DNA of 36,590 bases, from contig JABLTG010000178.1 of the NCBI GenBank assembly GCA_016618085.1, positions 1 through 36,590 on the forward strand. Direction: 5' to 3'. Position 1 is the first letter of the stretch. The number at the start of each line of letters is the position of its first letter. Source of the stretch: Neovahlkampfia damariscottae. Its lineage: Eukaryota. The position numbers and the translations under genes were made by a program. Under the pieces are notes generated by a model, which worked only from the letters and a program-made list of their open reading frames with translations, did no database searches and had not been told where the DNA came from. Shown here one piece after another: positions 24,180-34,562 of the stretch.

Positions 24180-24648
24180 ACATCAGAAGAATTAAAACAA
24201 TTGAAAAAAGTTATTCGTAGAAAATTGGAAGACTATGAAGAAGAAAATTCATCAGAAGATGAAAAACTTTTAAAACTTGCATTCAAAGATTTATTTCAAG
24301 AATGGGTTGGTCAAAAATCAAATTTTATGAGTTTATTTGATGAAATGCTTAATTTTAATTCTGAAGATGTGAAATTTGAAATTATGAAAGACGTTAAATC
24401 TGGAAAAATTCAAGATGAAAATATCTTTTTTGAAATTGAAAGATGCTTTAAAATGATAGGTGATTATTTTAACAACTGAAAATTATGGAATGAAATTATT
24501 TATTTCTCATCATTTTCATCAAAAAGAAATTCATACTTTAAAAGAAAAAAATGAATTAATGGAACAAAAAATTCAACAATTGGAATATCTCCTTTTAACT
24601 GGCAAAAAAGTTGAACTTGTTCCTCATGATGCTGTTTTCATTGAATAA
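24180..24648 (+). pseudogene. Fragmented coiled-coil protein
   Basis: Two overlapping short ORFs with coding-like composition and no ATG context. Confidence 0.3.
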
Positions 24649-25370
24649 ATATTTATTCATTATCTCATAGAGATAATTTTATTTTCAACTTGGAATTTGA
24701 CCATACCCAAATTTCCAAAAAAATACTTAATATCCCTAAACTATTCCAGAGTTCAGGAAGAACCCATTATTTTTTTGTTGTCTTCAACCTCTGTTCAAAA
24801 AAAAGTTATTTTAAAATCAATTACATTCACTAACCAAATTAAAAATATTATAAATCAAACTCTTTAGAACTACCAATTCATAAAAATCTTCCTTTTATTT
24901 TTCAATTCCAGTTCTTTCAAACTCAAAACTGAATACATAAATTCTCCAATTCACGTTTTGTTTCCAAAATTTTTCAAGTTTATTTTGTAGGTGAGTTTTG
25001 TTATTGTTTGTTGTTTTCCTGAACTGTTTATTTGATTAACGTACAGAGGTTGGTTTTATAATTTCTTTGGTCTGGTGAATTATTGGTGGTTGGATTTACA
25101 ATGGAATTTTTTTTGGTGATCCAGTTCCAAAATTTACTCTTAGTTCCAAAAATCCATCACCACAGTAGCCATCAATACAATCCTCTTCACCAGTTCAAAT
25201 TCCAAAGCTCCTCATAGCTGCTTGTTTTATTATTTTTTTTATTTTCTTGTTCATTATTTTTTTGGTTTATTTACAAGTAAAGGAAACAATGAATCGTGTA
25301 TTTGTAAAACAAAAAATTTTATTGTCGTGTAGATGTTAGTTTTATAGTTTTCTTGAGCTCAGCTGTTGGT

Positions 25371-25476
25371 CGGTTGGTCTGGATTTGAAAAAAATTGGGT
25401 TGAATTTTTGAGGGTTTTGCTACTCTTTGTTTTTGTAAAATTTACTCTCTGATTTTAAGCATAGACGCCTATTACT
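25371..25476 (-). repeat. Right TIR (~106 bp)
   Basis: Reverse complement reads agtaataggcgtctatgcttaaaatcagagagtaaattttacaaaaacaaagagtagc... and is followed directly by the TSD AATAGT. Confidence 0.95.
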
Positions 25477-25504
25477 AATAGTCAACCAATTAAAATCAAA
25501 AAAC

Positions 25505-26890
25505 ATGAATTTGGTCTTCAAGAAACCAACAATTGAAGTTTCACCAAAAGAAATTCTTGAAAACTATGTGGTGAAGTTCAATTCTATTTTCAAAGAAAAA
25601 GAAATGCAATTCATCTTTCAATCCTTCTTGAAAACTGAATACGACGAAGGTGGATTTGAATTTTTGCTGGAAGTTAAGAAATTAGATGAAAAAAAAAGAA
25701 AAATACCTGAAACCATTGGAAGAGTTCTTCAAATATTTGATAAGTACATCAAAGTGGGTTCAGAAAAAGAACTTAATTTGGACTTCAAAACACGAGAAGA
25801 AATACTATCCAAGCTAAGCAAATCAGGACAAGAAAAGGACTTGAAAGAATGGAAATTCGAAGAACCACCTGAAAAACTGTTCCATTCTGTTTTTGAACTA
25901 TTATTTTTGGACATTACTTTTGAGAAAAAATCACGTTTTATCAGAACAGAAGAATTTTTGGATTTTGCTGTTAAAAATTTTCAAAATGAAAACATTTTCA
26001 GCAAAAGAGATATACAAATTCTTGATTACAAAGATGAAAACTTTTTAGTAACTGCATTCACTGAAAAAGACAGAAAATTTTACACTACTTTGTGTTCAGA
26101 CAACTATGACTGGGATTTGTTTTATAAGAAAAATGGAACTCATGCATATTGCTCACAAAGAGATTACCTTCCAAATGTTTCATTTTTCAACTTGAGAGAA
26201 TCTGTTTGCTTAAAATGGGAATGGACTGTTCCTTTTTCAATTGAAGATGTCACAAAAATACATTTTCATGATGTCTATGCTTTCAGAAAAGGATCTGCTT
26301 CAGTTACAAATTTTGATTTACAATTAACAATGACCAAAGAAGAACAAATCAAAGCTTTAGAAAAAAGAAACATGAAAGAAGTGGTAGATAATACAGGAAT
26401 AGCTATTTATTCACTTCATATTGCAACACCTAATGGAAATATGATTTCTCCAGGTCTTTCAACACTTTATTTTGATGGTGATGGTATTGCGTATGTTTGG
26501 AAATGTTGCGAGAGCTTGCGTCCTAATGAAGAGAGTTTAAAACGTTACAAAGGAGATTTCTATGTGAAAAGAGGAAAAAAGAAAGAAGATGTTGAATATG
26601 TCGTTGCTATGATCGCAGGTCAATATAAATTCACCAAAATTGGAAGAAACAAAACACAAGTCACTTGTACTGCATTTCAAAATTTTGGAGTTCCTCCAGG
26701 TGTTGATATGATGAAATTCTCAAAAAAATTTGGTGAAAAAAGGGCAGCTGGATTAAGAGTTGAAATGATAAAAGACATAAAAAAAGAAATTTCGTCAATG
26801 CCAACCTTTGAATATGATGATATCATGGGAAAACAATGCTTGAAAGCACTTGAAGATTTCCAATTGTATGAAGAAGCTCATTCACAATAA
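25505..26890 (+). CDS. RGS-domain protein with a probable START/SRPBCC-like C-terminal domain, intronless
   Basis: RGS pattern FQSFLKTEYDEGGFEFLLEV..IFDKYIKVGSEKELNLD..RFIRT. The C-terminal domain call (WDLFY..KWEWTVPFS..YKFTKIGRNKTQVT) is tentative. Confidence 0.8.
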   Translation: MNLVFKKPTIEVSPKEILENYVVKFNSIFKEKEMQFIFQSFLKTEYDEGGFEFLLEVKKLDEKKRKIPETIGRVLQIFDKYIKVGSEKELNLDFKTREEILSKLSKSGQEKDLKEWKFEEPPEKLFHSVFELLFLDITFEKKSRFIRTEEFLDFAVKNFQNENIFSKRDIQILDYKDENFLVTAFTEKDRKFYTTLCSDNYDWDLFYKKNGTHAYCSQRDYLPNVSFFNLRESVCLKWEWTVPFSIEDVTKIHFHDVYAFRKGSASVTNFDLQLTMTKEEQIKALEKRNMKEVVDNTGIAIYSLHIATPNGNMISPGLSTLYFDGDGIAYVWKCCESLRPNEESLKRYKGDFYVKRGKKKEDVEYVVAMIAGQYKFTKIGRNKTQVTCTAFQNFGVPPGVDMMKFSKKFGEKRAAGLRVEMIKDIKKEISSMPTFEYDDIMGKQCLKALEDFQLYEEAHSQ

Positions 26891-27214
26891 AATAACTTCT
26901 TTTGAAACTTTCATCTATTCGTATTTTGAACTCTGCCCATTGCAAGGTGGAACAAGAAGTAAATTTTTCTGCAAATTTAAATCACAAAAAGTTTCTCAAC
27001 AGAAAAAGGAATAAAAAACATAATACTTGGGTGAATTCAAAATTCTGAAACCTAACTAAGATTATTGGTCTATTTCAAAACTCTGCTTTTCTACCAATAC
27101 TTCCTTTCCAAATGTTTAAATTATTTTTCTGTTCAACTTCCAAAGTCGGATAAATTCTCTTCGATTTTGTCAGCCAATCATTTTGCTTCATTTCCTGAAC
27201 ATTTTTGCTGAAGG

Positions 27215-28671
27215 ATGACCATTGATGTGAAAATACCAAAATCTCAAAGACTATTCACTTTAGAAGAAGTAGCAACTCACTGTACTAAAGAAGATGCTTG
27301 GACTATTGTAAATGACAGAATTTATGACTTAACAAAATACACTACTCAAGAAATTCATCCAGGTGGTGAAGTTATTTTTTCTCATGCCGGTGGTGATTCA
27401 ACTGATGCTTTCACAGGTAAATAACCATAAATTAATTTTCCTCTCAGTTCATCATCCTGAATATGTTTTTAAAAAAAAACTATGCAAATATCAAATTGGA
27501 ATTGTCTCAAACCCAGCACCTGTACCACAAATAGTAAAAGAATATCGTGAAATATTCAAAAAAGTTGAAAAAGAAGGATACTATGAAACAGATTGGCTTT
27601 ATTATGGTTGGAAGTTTACTTATCCATTTTTATTTTTTGCTATGGCTTTGTTTATGTTGTACAGAGGCGGAGACAATTATTTAAGTGTCTTTATTGCCGC
27701 AGTTTGTGTTGGAATGTTCCAACATCAAGGAGCTTTTATTGCTCATGATGCTTCACATCAAGGAATTTCACACAACTGGACAGTTGATTTTATTCTCAGT
27801 GAGATTTATGGAACAATGATTTTTGGAATTTCAACCCTTTGGTGGAAATATACACATAATCAACATCATGTGGTTGTCAATGAATATGATATTGATCCAG
27901 ATATTACACACATTCCATTCTTTGCAGTTAACAAGGTAAAACATTAAAATAGTTCACTTAACTTCAAAGATGATGTTTTTATCAGATAAATCAAAAGATG
28001 GAAATATGCTCACAAGAATTTTACTCGGAATTCAACATTTCACCTTTTTCCCGATTTTATTGATATTTGCTAGAATTTCAATGTATTTTCAATCATTGAT
28101 AATGTTATTCATCAAACGTGGTGTTCCAACAATGCCATGGCAGGATCTACATTTACCTGCAATGTGGAATTGGATGGATAGAATATCACAACTTATATAT
28201 TTTACTTGGATGTATTATGTATTCACACTTATTCCACCTGGAAAATTTTGGTTGTTCTTTATTGTTCAACATGTTATTGTGGGAATGTTGTTCCTTCATT
28301 TAACTTTAAACCATTGGGACAGACCTACAAAACATTCATCAGAAGAAAAAGATAATTGGTTTGTTAAACAAGTTGTCACTGGAAGAAACCAAGATTGTGA
28401 TTGGACAAATGATTGGTTATTAGGTGGTTTACATTTTCAAATCGAACATCATATTTTACCACGTTTACCAAGACATAACTTAGTTAAATTTAAAGAAAAC
28501 TATGTTGTACCTTTCTGTAAAAAATGGGATATTCCTTATGCATCTTCTGGATTTTGGCATTGTGCTATGGATGTTGTTTTTAATTTAGAAGATGTTTCAA
28601 AACATGTTCATGATGAAAGAATACATAAAAATACAACAAAACACAAAATTTTTCCATCATTAATTGAATAA
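27215..28671 (+). CDS. Cytochrome-b5-fused front-end fatty acid/sphingolipid desaturase (463 aa, 3 exons)
   Basis: HPGG haem motif and His boxes HDASH, HNQHH and QIEHH. Introns 27417-27447 and 27936-27969 restore the frame. Confidence 0.95.
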
Positions 28672-28776
28672 ATTTTTTTATCAAATTTTAAATCAAAAAC
28701 AAAATTAGAGGAAAAATTTCAAGTTATCTATTCTTTATATTTTACTTGCTCCAAAAAAATTGAGTTAGCCAATAAA

Positions 28777-31700
28777 ATGTCTGAACAGGTTCCACTTGTG
28801 TCCACATCAAACATTGATGAAGGTCCGATTTTCAAATCAGAAAATCCATACGAAAATTACTCACCATCACCAAGACACGGTGCATATGAAGAAGATGAAC
28901 CAGATCTTTACAGGTAAATAAAAAAAAAACTAAATAATTAAATCAAGGTAAATACCAAAGTTTTTAACATTCAACAAAAAATAGTATTGACAGTGACACA
29001 GGATTAGAAAGACCAAAAACTCAACAAGCTGAAAAATTGGGTATGGTTGATGGTGTAATGATTCCAGTTATGCTTTCAATTTGGGGTGTTATTTTATTTT
29101 TACGTCTTGGAGTACTTGTTGGACAGGTAAAATAGAAAACCACAACTAAAAACGATAAAGGCTGGATTTATAGGTATTACTTTAATTTTTTCTTTTGGGT
29201 ATTTGATCACAACTTTGACCATTATTTCAATTTCTGCTATTGTTACAAATGGAAAAGTGAAAGGTGGTGGAGTATATTATGTTATATCCAGATCTTTAGG
29301 TCCTGAATTAGGTGGTAGTATTGGTATTATTTATGCCATTTCAAACGTTTTTGCTGGAGGTTTGTATGTAGTTGGTTTCGTTGAAACTTTAATTGAATTA
29401 TTTCCGTCAACTTGGCCTGCATGGACAAAAAGTCATGGGTAAATACAAAAATCACTACTAAAAAATCATAGAATGAAATTTGTTTATGGTTTTGCAATTA
29501 TGATTTTTTTGACAATTATTTGTCTTGTTGGAACTGATTTATTTGCAAAAACAAATTTAATGATTTTAATGATGTTAATCGTTGCCATTGGTCTTGTAGT
29601 ATTGAGTTTATTATTTCAAATGCCTGGAATTCAATTGGGTTATACTGGATTAAACTTTAGTACTTTATGGAATAATTTACAAACTTTTAACTGGCAAATT
29701 GATTATGAAAATCCAAAAATTATGTTTTCAACTCAATATGCTTTTGGTATACTCTTTCCTTCTTGCACAGGAATCATGGTATTATTTGACTGAAATTAAC
29801 CATTTCAAAGGTTGGTGCAAATATGTCAGGTGACTTAAAAAATCCAGGATATGATATTCCAACAGGAACTCTTTTAGCAAATATTATCACATATATTAGT
29901 TATATTGCATTGGCTTTACTTTTATCATTCACCGTTGGTCCTCAAACACTTGTTCAAAATCCACAAATTATGATGAAATTATCATTCTTTCCTGGATTAA
30001 TTACAATGGGTATTTTTGCAGCTACACTTTCATCTGCATTAGGTTCTATTATTGGATGCTCAAGAATTATTCAAGTAAACAAAAAATTTAAATTTAAATT
30101 TAGGCTATTGCTCGTGATGAATTAGTTCCTTTTCTTGGATTTTTCAAAAAAGGTTCAGGTGCTAATGATGAACCAAGAAGAGCTACCATTTTTATTTTTT
30201 TTGCAATTCTCGGAATTGTTGCTATTGGTGAATTGAATGCTATTGCTCCTGTTGTAACAGTTCTAATTGCACTCACCTATTCATTTGTCAACTTTTCTTG
30301 TTTCTTTTTATCAATTACTGGAGCACCTAACTTTAGACCAACTTTTAGATTGTTTTCATGGCATACAGCTCTTGGGGGAGCCATTCTTTCAATCTTTGCT
30401 ATTTTTTATGTTGAACCAATTTATGCTGGTATTTCTATTATTGTTCAAGGAAGTTTAATGGTTTTAATTCATTTTTATGCCCCAAATGCAAGGTTTTATA
30501 ATCATTTCATTTCTTATTTTGTAGTTGGGGTGATTTCTCACAAGCACTAATTTATCATCAAGTGAGAAAATATCTTCTAAGAATTGACTCAAAAAAACAA
30601 CATTTAAAAAATTGGAGATTACAAGTCATGTTGTTAGTATCAAATCCAAGATCTTCTTTAAACATTATTGACTTTGTTAATTCGTTGAAAAAAGGTAAAT
30701 GATTGGATATTTCATTTTGACATTTTGACAGGTGGGTTATTTTTAGTTGGTCATGTGAAAATTGGTGAATTTAGAAAATTATTTGGATCAATTTCAACTG
30801 ATTATGATGCTTTTGAAGATTATTTTAAATTAACAAGAGTGAAAGCATTTCCTGATATTGCAATTGCTGATTCAGTTCGTGTTGGTGTTCAAAATTTAGT
30901 AACAAATTCTGGACTTGGAGGTACAAAAAATAGATTGACTTTTTCTTTAGGAATGCGTCCAAACACTGTAATTATGGGAATGTATGATAATATTGATAAA
31001 CCAATGGAAAATGAGATTGTTGGGTACTCAAAACATGTAACCGAAAAAATTAAAGATAAAATCAAAAATTTCTCACAAATGAGAGACTCTGAAAATCCAA
31101 ATTTAACAGAGATTGAATACGTTCAAATTATCAGAGATTGTCAAATATCAAAAAAACATGTTGCTATTGCAAGACAGTAAGTTTTTAGTTTTTGTTTTCT
31201 CAACTTCAAATAGCTTTTATAATCTTGACAAATCACAATTAACTCCTTCATTTTGGGGTAAATTGTATAGTCCAATTAAAAAAGATAAAAATATTGATAT
31301 GTGGGTATTTTCTTTAAGTCAATGGTTAGATGATGAAGCAAGTGCTCATTTAATGCTTCAATTAGGTCATTTACTTCATGGAGTCGGTGATTACTTGAGA
31401 TACCATAATTTAAGATTGATGACTGTTGTTGATGATTATTCAATGATTGCATCTGAGAAAAAGAGATTATCTGATATGTTGGTCGAAACAAGAATTTCAG
31501 GAACAGTCGATGTTTTTTCTTTAAATGATGAATCAAAAAAATCAAATCGTTTAGCTATTGGTGGTAAATGTTTTCAAGGTGACATGAAAAATATTGATAC
31601 TATTACAAAATACAAAACTATTAATGCAATTGTTAAGAAAAATTCACAGGACACATCCGTTTTGTTTTTACCATTACCACCTGTGCCAACTACAGAAAAT

Positions 31701-31808
31701 GAAAATAATGCATCAGAATATTTAGCTGAAATTCATGCTCTGTCTGATAATTTACCTCCTTGTTTATTAGTGAATGCAAATGAATCTGTTATCAGTTTAG
31801 AATTTTAA
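28777..31808 (+). CDS. SLC12 cation-chloride cotransporter (SLC12A9-like), about 10 exons
   Basis: [75 protein letters not shown] and GLGGMRPNT. Confidence 0.94.
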
Positions 31809-31970
31809 ATTAAAAAATTATTTATCAAAGTTCTCAACTTGCAATATGCTTGATGCAACTATTCTACGTTTTCTGATTGTAAGCTGTTGAAAATTCATTT
31901 CTTCTGTTTCATTGAATCAACAAATCAAAGTTTTAGAATCTCCAACAAATCAGAACAATTTTTCTACTCA

Positions 31971-32750
31971 ATGTTCCTTGAGGAAAATTATTGATTGGTC
32001 AAAAATGAGAAAGTTAAACAGCAAAAAGTCAACAAAGAAAACTATATCGTCAATTTTGAAGCAGCTCTTTCCAACAAAGAAATTGCCATAGCTTTTGAAA
32101 ACTTTTTAAAATCAGAATTTAATGAAGAGCCTTGGTTGTATCTGCAACAAGTCAAAGAAATGCACGAACTGAAAGAAGAAAACCGAATAATTAGCAAAAT
32201 AAAAAGTATAACAGAAATTTTTTTGCAAAAAGACTCCAAAAACGAGCTTAATATATCATATGAATAAAATACTCACCATGCTGCAAGATTTGATAGAAAT
32301 AAAAGTGGAAGTGCAACAAGCTATGGATAATTTAGAGAATATAGCCGATAGTATACGTGCTCAACTTTGTCATGATCCATGGAAGAGATTCTATAGATCC
32401 AAAAGTTGTGAAGACATCATACAAAAATATTATAATGATTCAACTATCTGTTCACCTGCCACTACAGTTCAGTACTATTATAAAGATGATCACTTTGAGC
32501 ATCCTTTTATTGAAGACTCGGATTTTGAATTTGGCAACAATTTATTCGAGGATAGTTATGATTGAGAGGTAGAATGAAAAAAAAATTCTGAACTATTTAA
32601 AAAGTTAATGGGTTCATCAGAAGGATTAAACTCATTCTTTTCATCAATTAATTATCTTCCAAATTTATCAAATTCAAAAAATGTGTCTGCTGTTAAATTT
32701 CAATTCAATTTGCCTTTTTCAATGCACTCCTTCTTTCTGGGAGTATTCTC
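31971..32750 (+). pseudogene. RGS-domain paralog of 25505-26890, with stops and frameshifts, truncated by the downstream element
   Basis: FENFLKSEFNEEPWLYL..KNELNIS..DPWKRF..DSYD*..NYLPNL..KFQFNLPFS aligns with the intact paralog, then stops abruptly. Confidence 0.8.
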
Positions 32751-32751
32751 A

Positions 32752-32835
32752 CCAGCATCAAGCAAGTAAAGTACATTGCCCCGCCTATTCTAGGTCGCTA
32801 CGCTCGATTCTATGTACTTTACTTGCTAGTGCTGG
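32752..32835. repeat. Hairpin: perfect 16-bp inverted repeat extended by a further 6 bp
   Basis: agcaagtaaagtacat (32761-32776) pairs with atgtactttacttgct (32812-32827), flanked by ccagca/tgctgg, around a 35-nt GC-rich loop. Confidence 0.92.
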
Positions 32836-33041
32836 CAGAGTTGTGTGATTTAATTTGGATCATAGGGAGGGGTAAGGTAATTTTTTTTACACTTTTTTTT
32901 TCATACTTTTTTTGTTTCGCCTTTGATACTTTTTTTTTTGGATCAAAGAAAGAGTTAAGGAAATAAAATCAGTGCTATCTGGATTTTATCAGGATATTTT
33001 GCAAATCACTTGAGATTTTTGTTTTTTCAAATTTTTATTTT

Positions 33042-33147
33042 TTCAAGGTTTTTGTTAACCTTCCAATTTTGTTTTTAATTTTTTTTATTTTATTTTTATT
33101 TTTAAGAAAATTTTTTGAAATTTAGAAGGTTAACTAAAAAACTTGAA
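33042..33147. repeat. Imperfect ~22-bp inverted repeat around a T-rich spacer
   Basis: ttcaaggtttttgttaaccttc (33042-33063) versus gaaggttaactaaaaaacttgaa (33125-33147). Confidence 0.75.
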
Positions 33148-33478
33148 TTATATTTTTGTTTTTTTACCAACCTTCAAATCTATTTTAAAGTTTCTTATTA
33201 TTGATTTGTTTTGAAAAGAATTAAATCCAATACAACAAAGAGTAAAAAATCGACCAATCATAGACTTAGAATTTATAAAACTCTCGAGCTTGAAATATAA
33301 CAAATGTTAGTTTTTGTTAAACTTCTGATTTATTTAAACATTTTTTGTTATTGATTATTTTACAAGAAATGCTATAATTAAAAATTTTAATGAAAACTGA
33401 GAAATGTGATTAATTGGTTTAAAATTCTCCTCTTTTGAACCAATAACAATCATTCGTTTTCTTCAAGCAAAATAAACA

Positions 33479-34520
33479 ATGCCTCCAAAAAAAAAACCAA
33501 AAACTTCAAAAGATGAAGACATTGAATTTTCTAGTCAAGAACTCGACACTACTGTTGAAAGTGATTCAGAATATGAAAAAGAAGATACACCAACATCAGA
33601 AAGTGAGCTTATTAAAACGTGATCGAATTGATCCAACTTTCGATGTTTCTTTCAAAAAACTTTGCTCAAAAAAAGAAGTGGTGATTAGTCTTTTGAATAC
33701 TTTTTTGTCACTTGAAAACAAAATAGTTGAAATTGATTTTATTTCAACAGAAGATCAACCTGAGTTAATTGGACTAAAATCAATAAGATTTGATATTATT
33801 TGTACAGATGAAAAAGGTTCAACATTTATTGTTGAAATGCAAAGAGCAAAAGAACCAACTTTTGTTGAAAGAACCCTTTTTTATTGGTCTAGAATTTATT
33901 CAGCTGAATTAAAGGAAGGAGAAGATTATTCCTTTGAAAGTCTCAAACCTGTAATAATTTTAGCTTTTGTATGTCATTTTCAGATTTTTCCAAAAGACAA
34001 AGATTATATTCACCATTGTTATTTGACAAAAGAAAAAACTTCTGAAATTGTTACAAAAAATTTGCAAATAACTTATGTTGAATTATCAAAATTTGAGAAT
34101 GAAGATCCAAAAACTCTTGAAGAACAATGGTTACATCTTTTTAAATTTTATCATAAAAAAGGAGAAATAAATACGAATGAGGATGCTGTAAAAACTGCTT
34201 ATGAAGTTTTGAAATCTTTTTCAAAAGCAGATTTCCAACAATATTACCTTGAAATTCAAAGTACAAGAGATGTTGAAGGGCAAATAAAACTTGCTAAAGA
34301 AGAAGGAAGAGAAGAAGGAATAGCAATTGGTGAAGAAAAAGGAATTAAAATTGGTGAAGAAAAAGGAAAAGTGGAAATGGCTATTGGTATGATTAAAGAT
34401 GATATGAATCCAACAGATGTTATGAATTATTCTAAATTATCAAAAGAAAACATCAAAGAATTATACTCCAAATATTCCAAGCTATCAAAAGAAGAAATTG
34501 AAAAGTTGTTTGAAAAATAA
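33479..34520 (+). CDS. Rpn-family recombination-promoting nuclease / PD-(D/E)xK 'putative transposase' (PDDEXK_2-like); 5' end ambiguous
   Basis: DPTFDVSFKKL, RFDI..FIVEMQ, R.LFYWSRIY, LKPVIIL, YVELSKF, QWLHLFK and C-terminal EEGREEGIAIGEEKGIKIGEEKG repeats. The likely ATG 33479 is one base out of frame; ATG 33513 is in frame. Confidence 0.88.
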
Positions 34521-34562
34521 ATTTCTTTTTGATTTCGCAACCAATGCACCATATAATATCAA

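Larger units (their letters stand above)
13279..25476. mobile_element. Endogenous Polinton-like virus / Maverick-type element, 12.2 kb, decayed
   Basis: Terminal inverted repeats, 5'-AGT...ACT-3' ends, 6-bp target-site duplication AATAGT (13273-13278 and 25477-25482). Contains rve integrase, MCP, minor capsid and A32-type ATPase genes, all intronless. Confidence 0.93.

Noticed and set aside
24650..25370. Possible additional gene(s) before the right TIR
   Set aside because: No sustained reading frame or recognisable motif on either strand.
13279..25476. Frameshifts in viral genes as pure sequencing error or hidden introns
   Set aside because: Flanking host genes are intact, the lesions lack GT-AG boundaries, and the TIRs have diverged from each other, all consistent with real ageing. 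Individual homopolymer errors remain possible.
32752..32835. Hairpin as a Helitron 3' end or rho-independent terminator
   Set aside because: The stem and loop are much longer than Helitron hairpins, no Rep/helicase is visible, and there is no following U-tract in this eukaryotic context.
34290..34375. GAAGAAGGA / GGTGAAGAAAAAGGA repeats as a CRISPR-like or satellite array
   Set aside because: They are short in-frame coding repeats of the Rpn C-terminus with no unique spacers.
33479..34520. Rpn gene as bacterial contamination
   Set aside because: It has a host-type CCAAT box, an NLS-like leader and a stop overlapping AATAAA, and its neighbours are eukaryotic-virus genes rather than bacterial ones. 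Read-level confirmation is still advisable.
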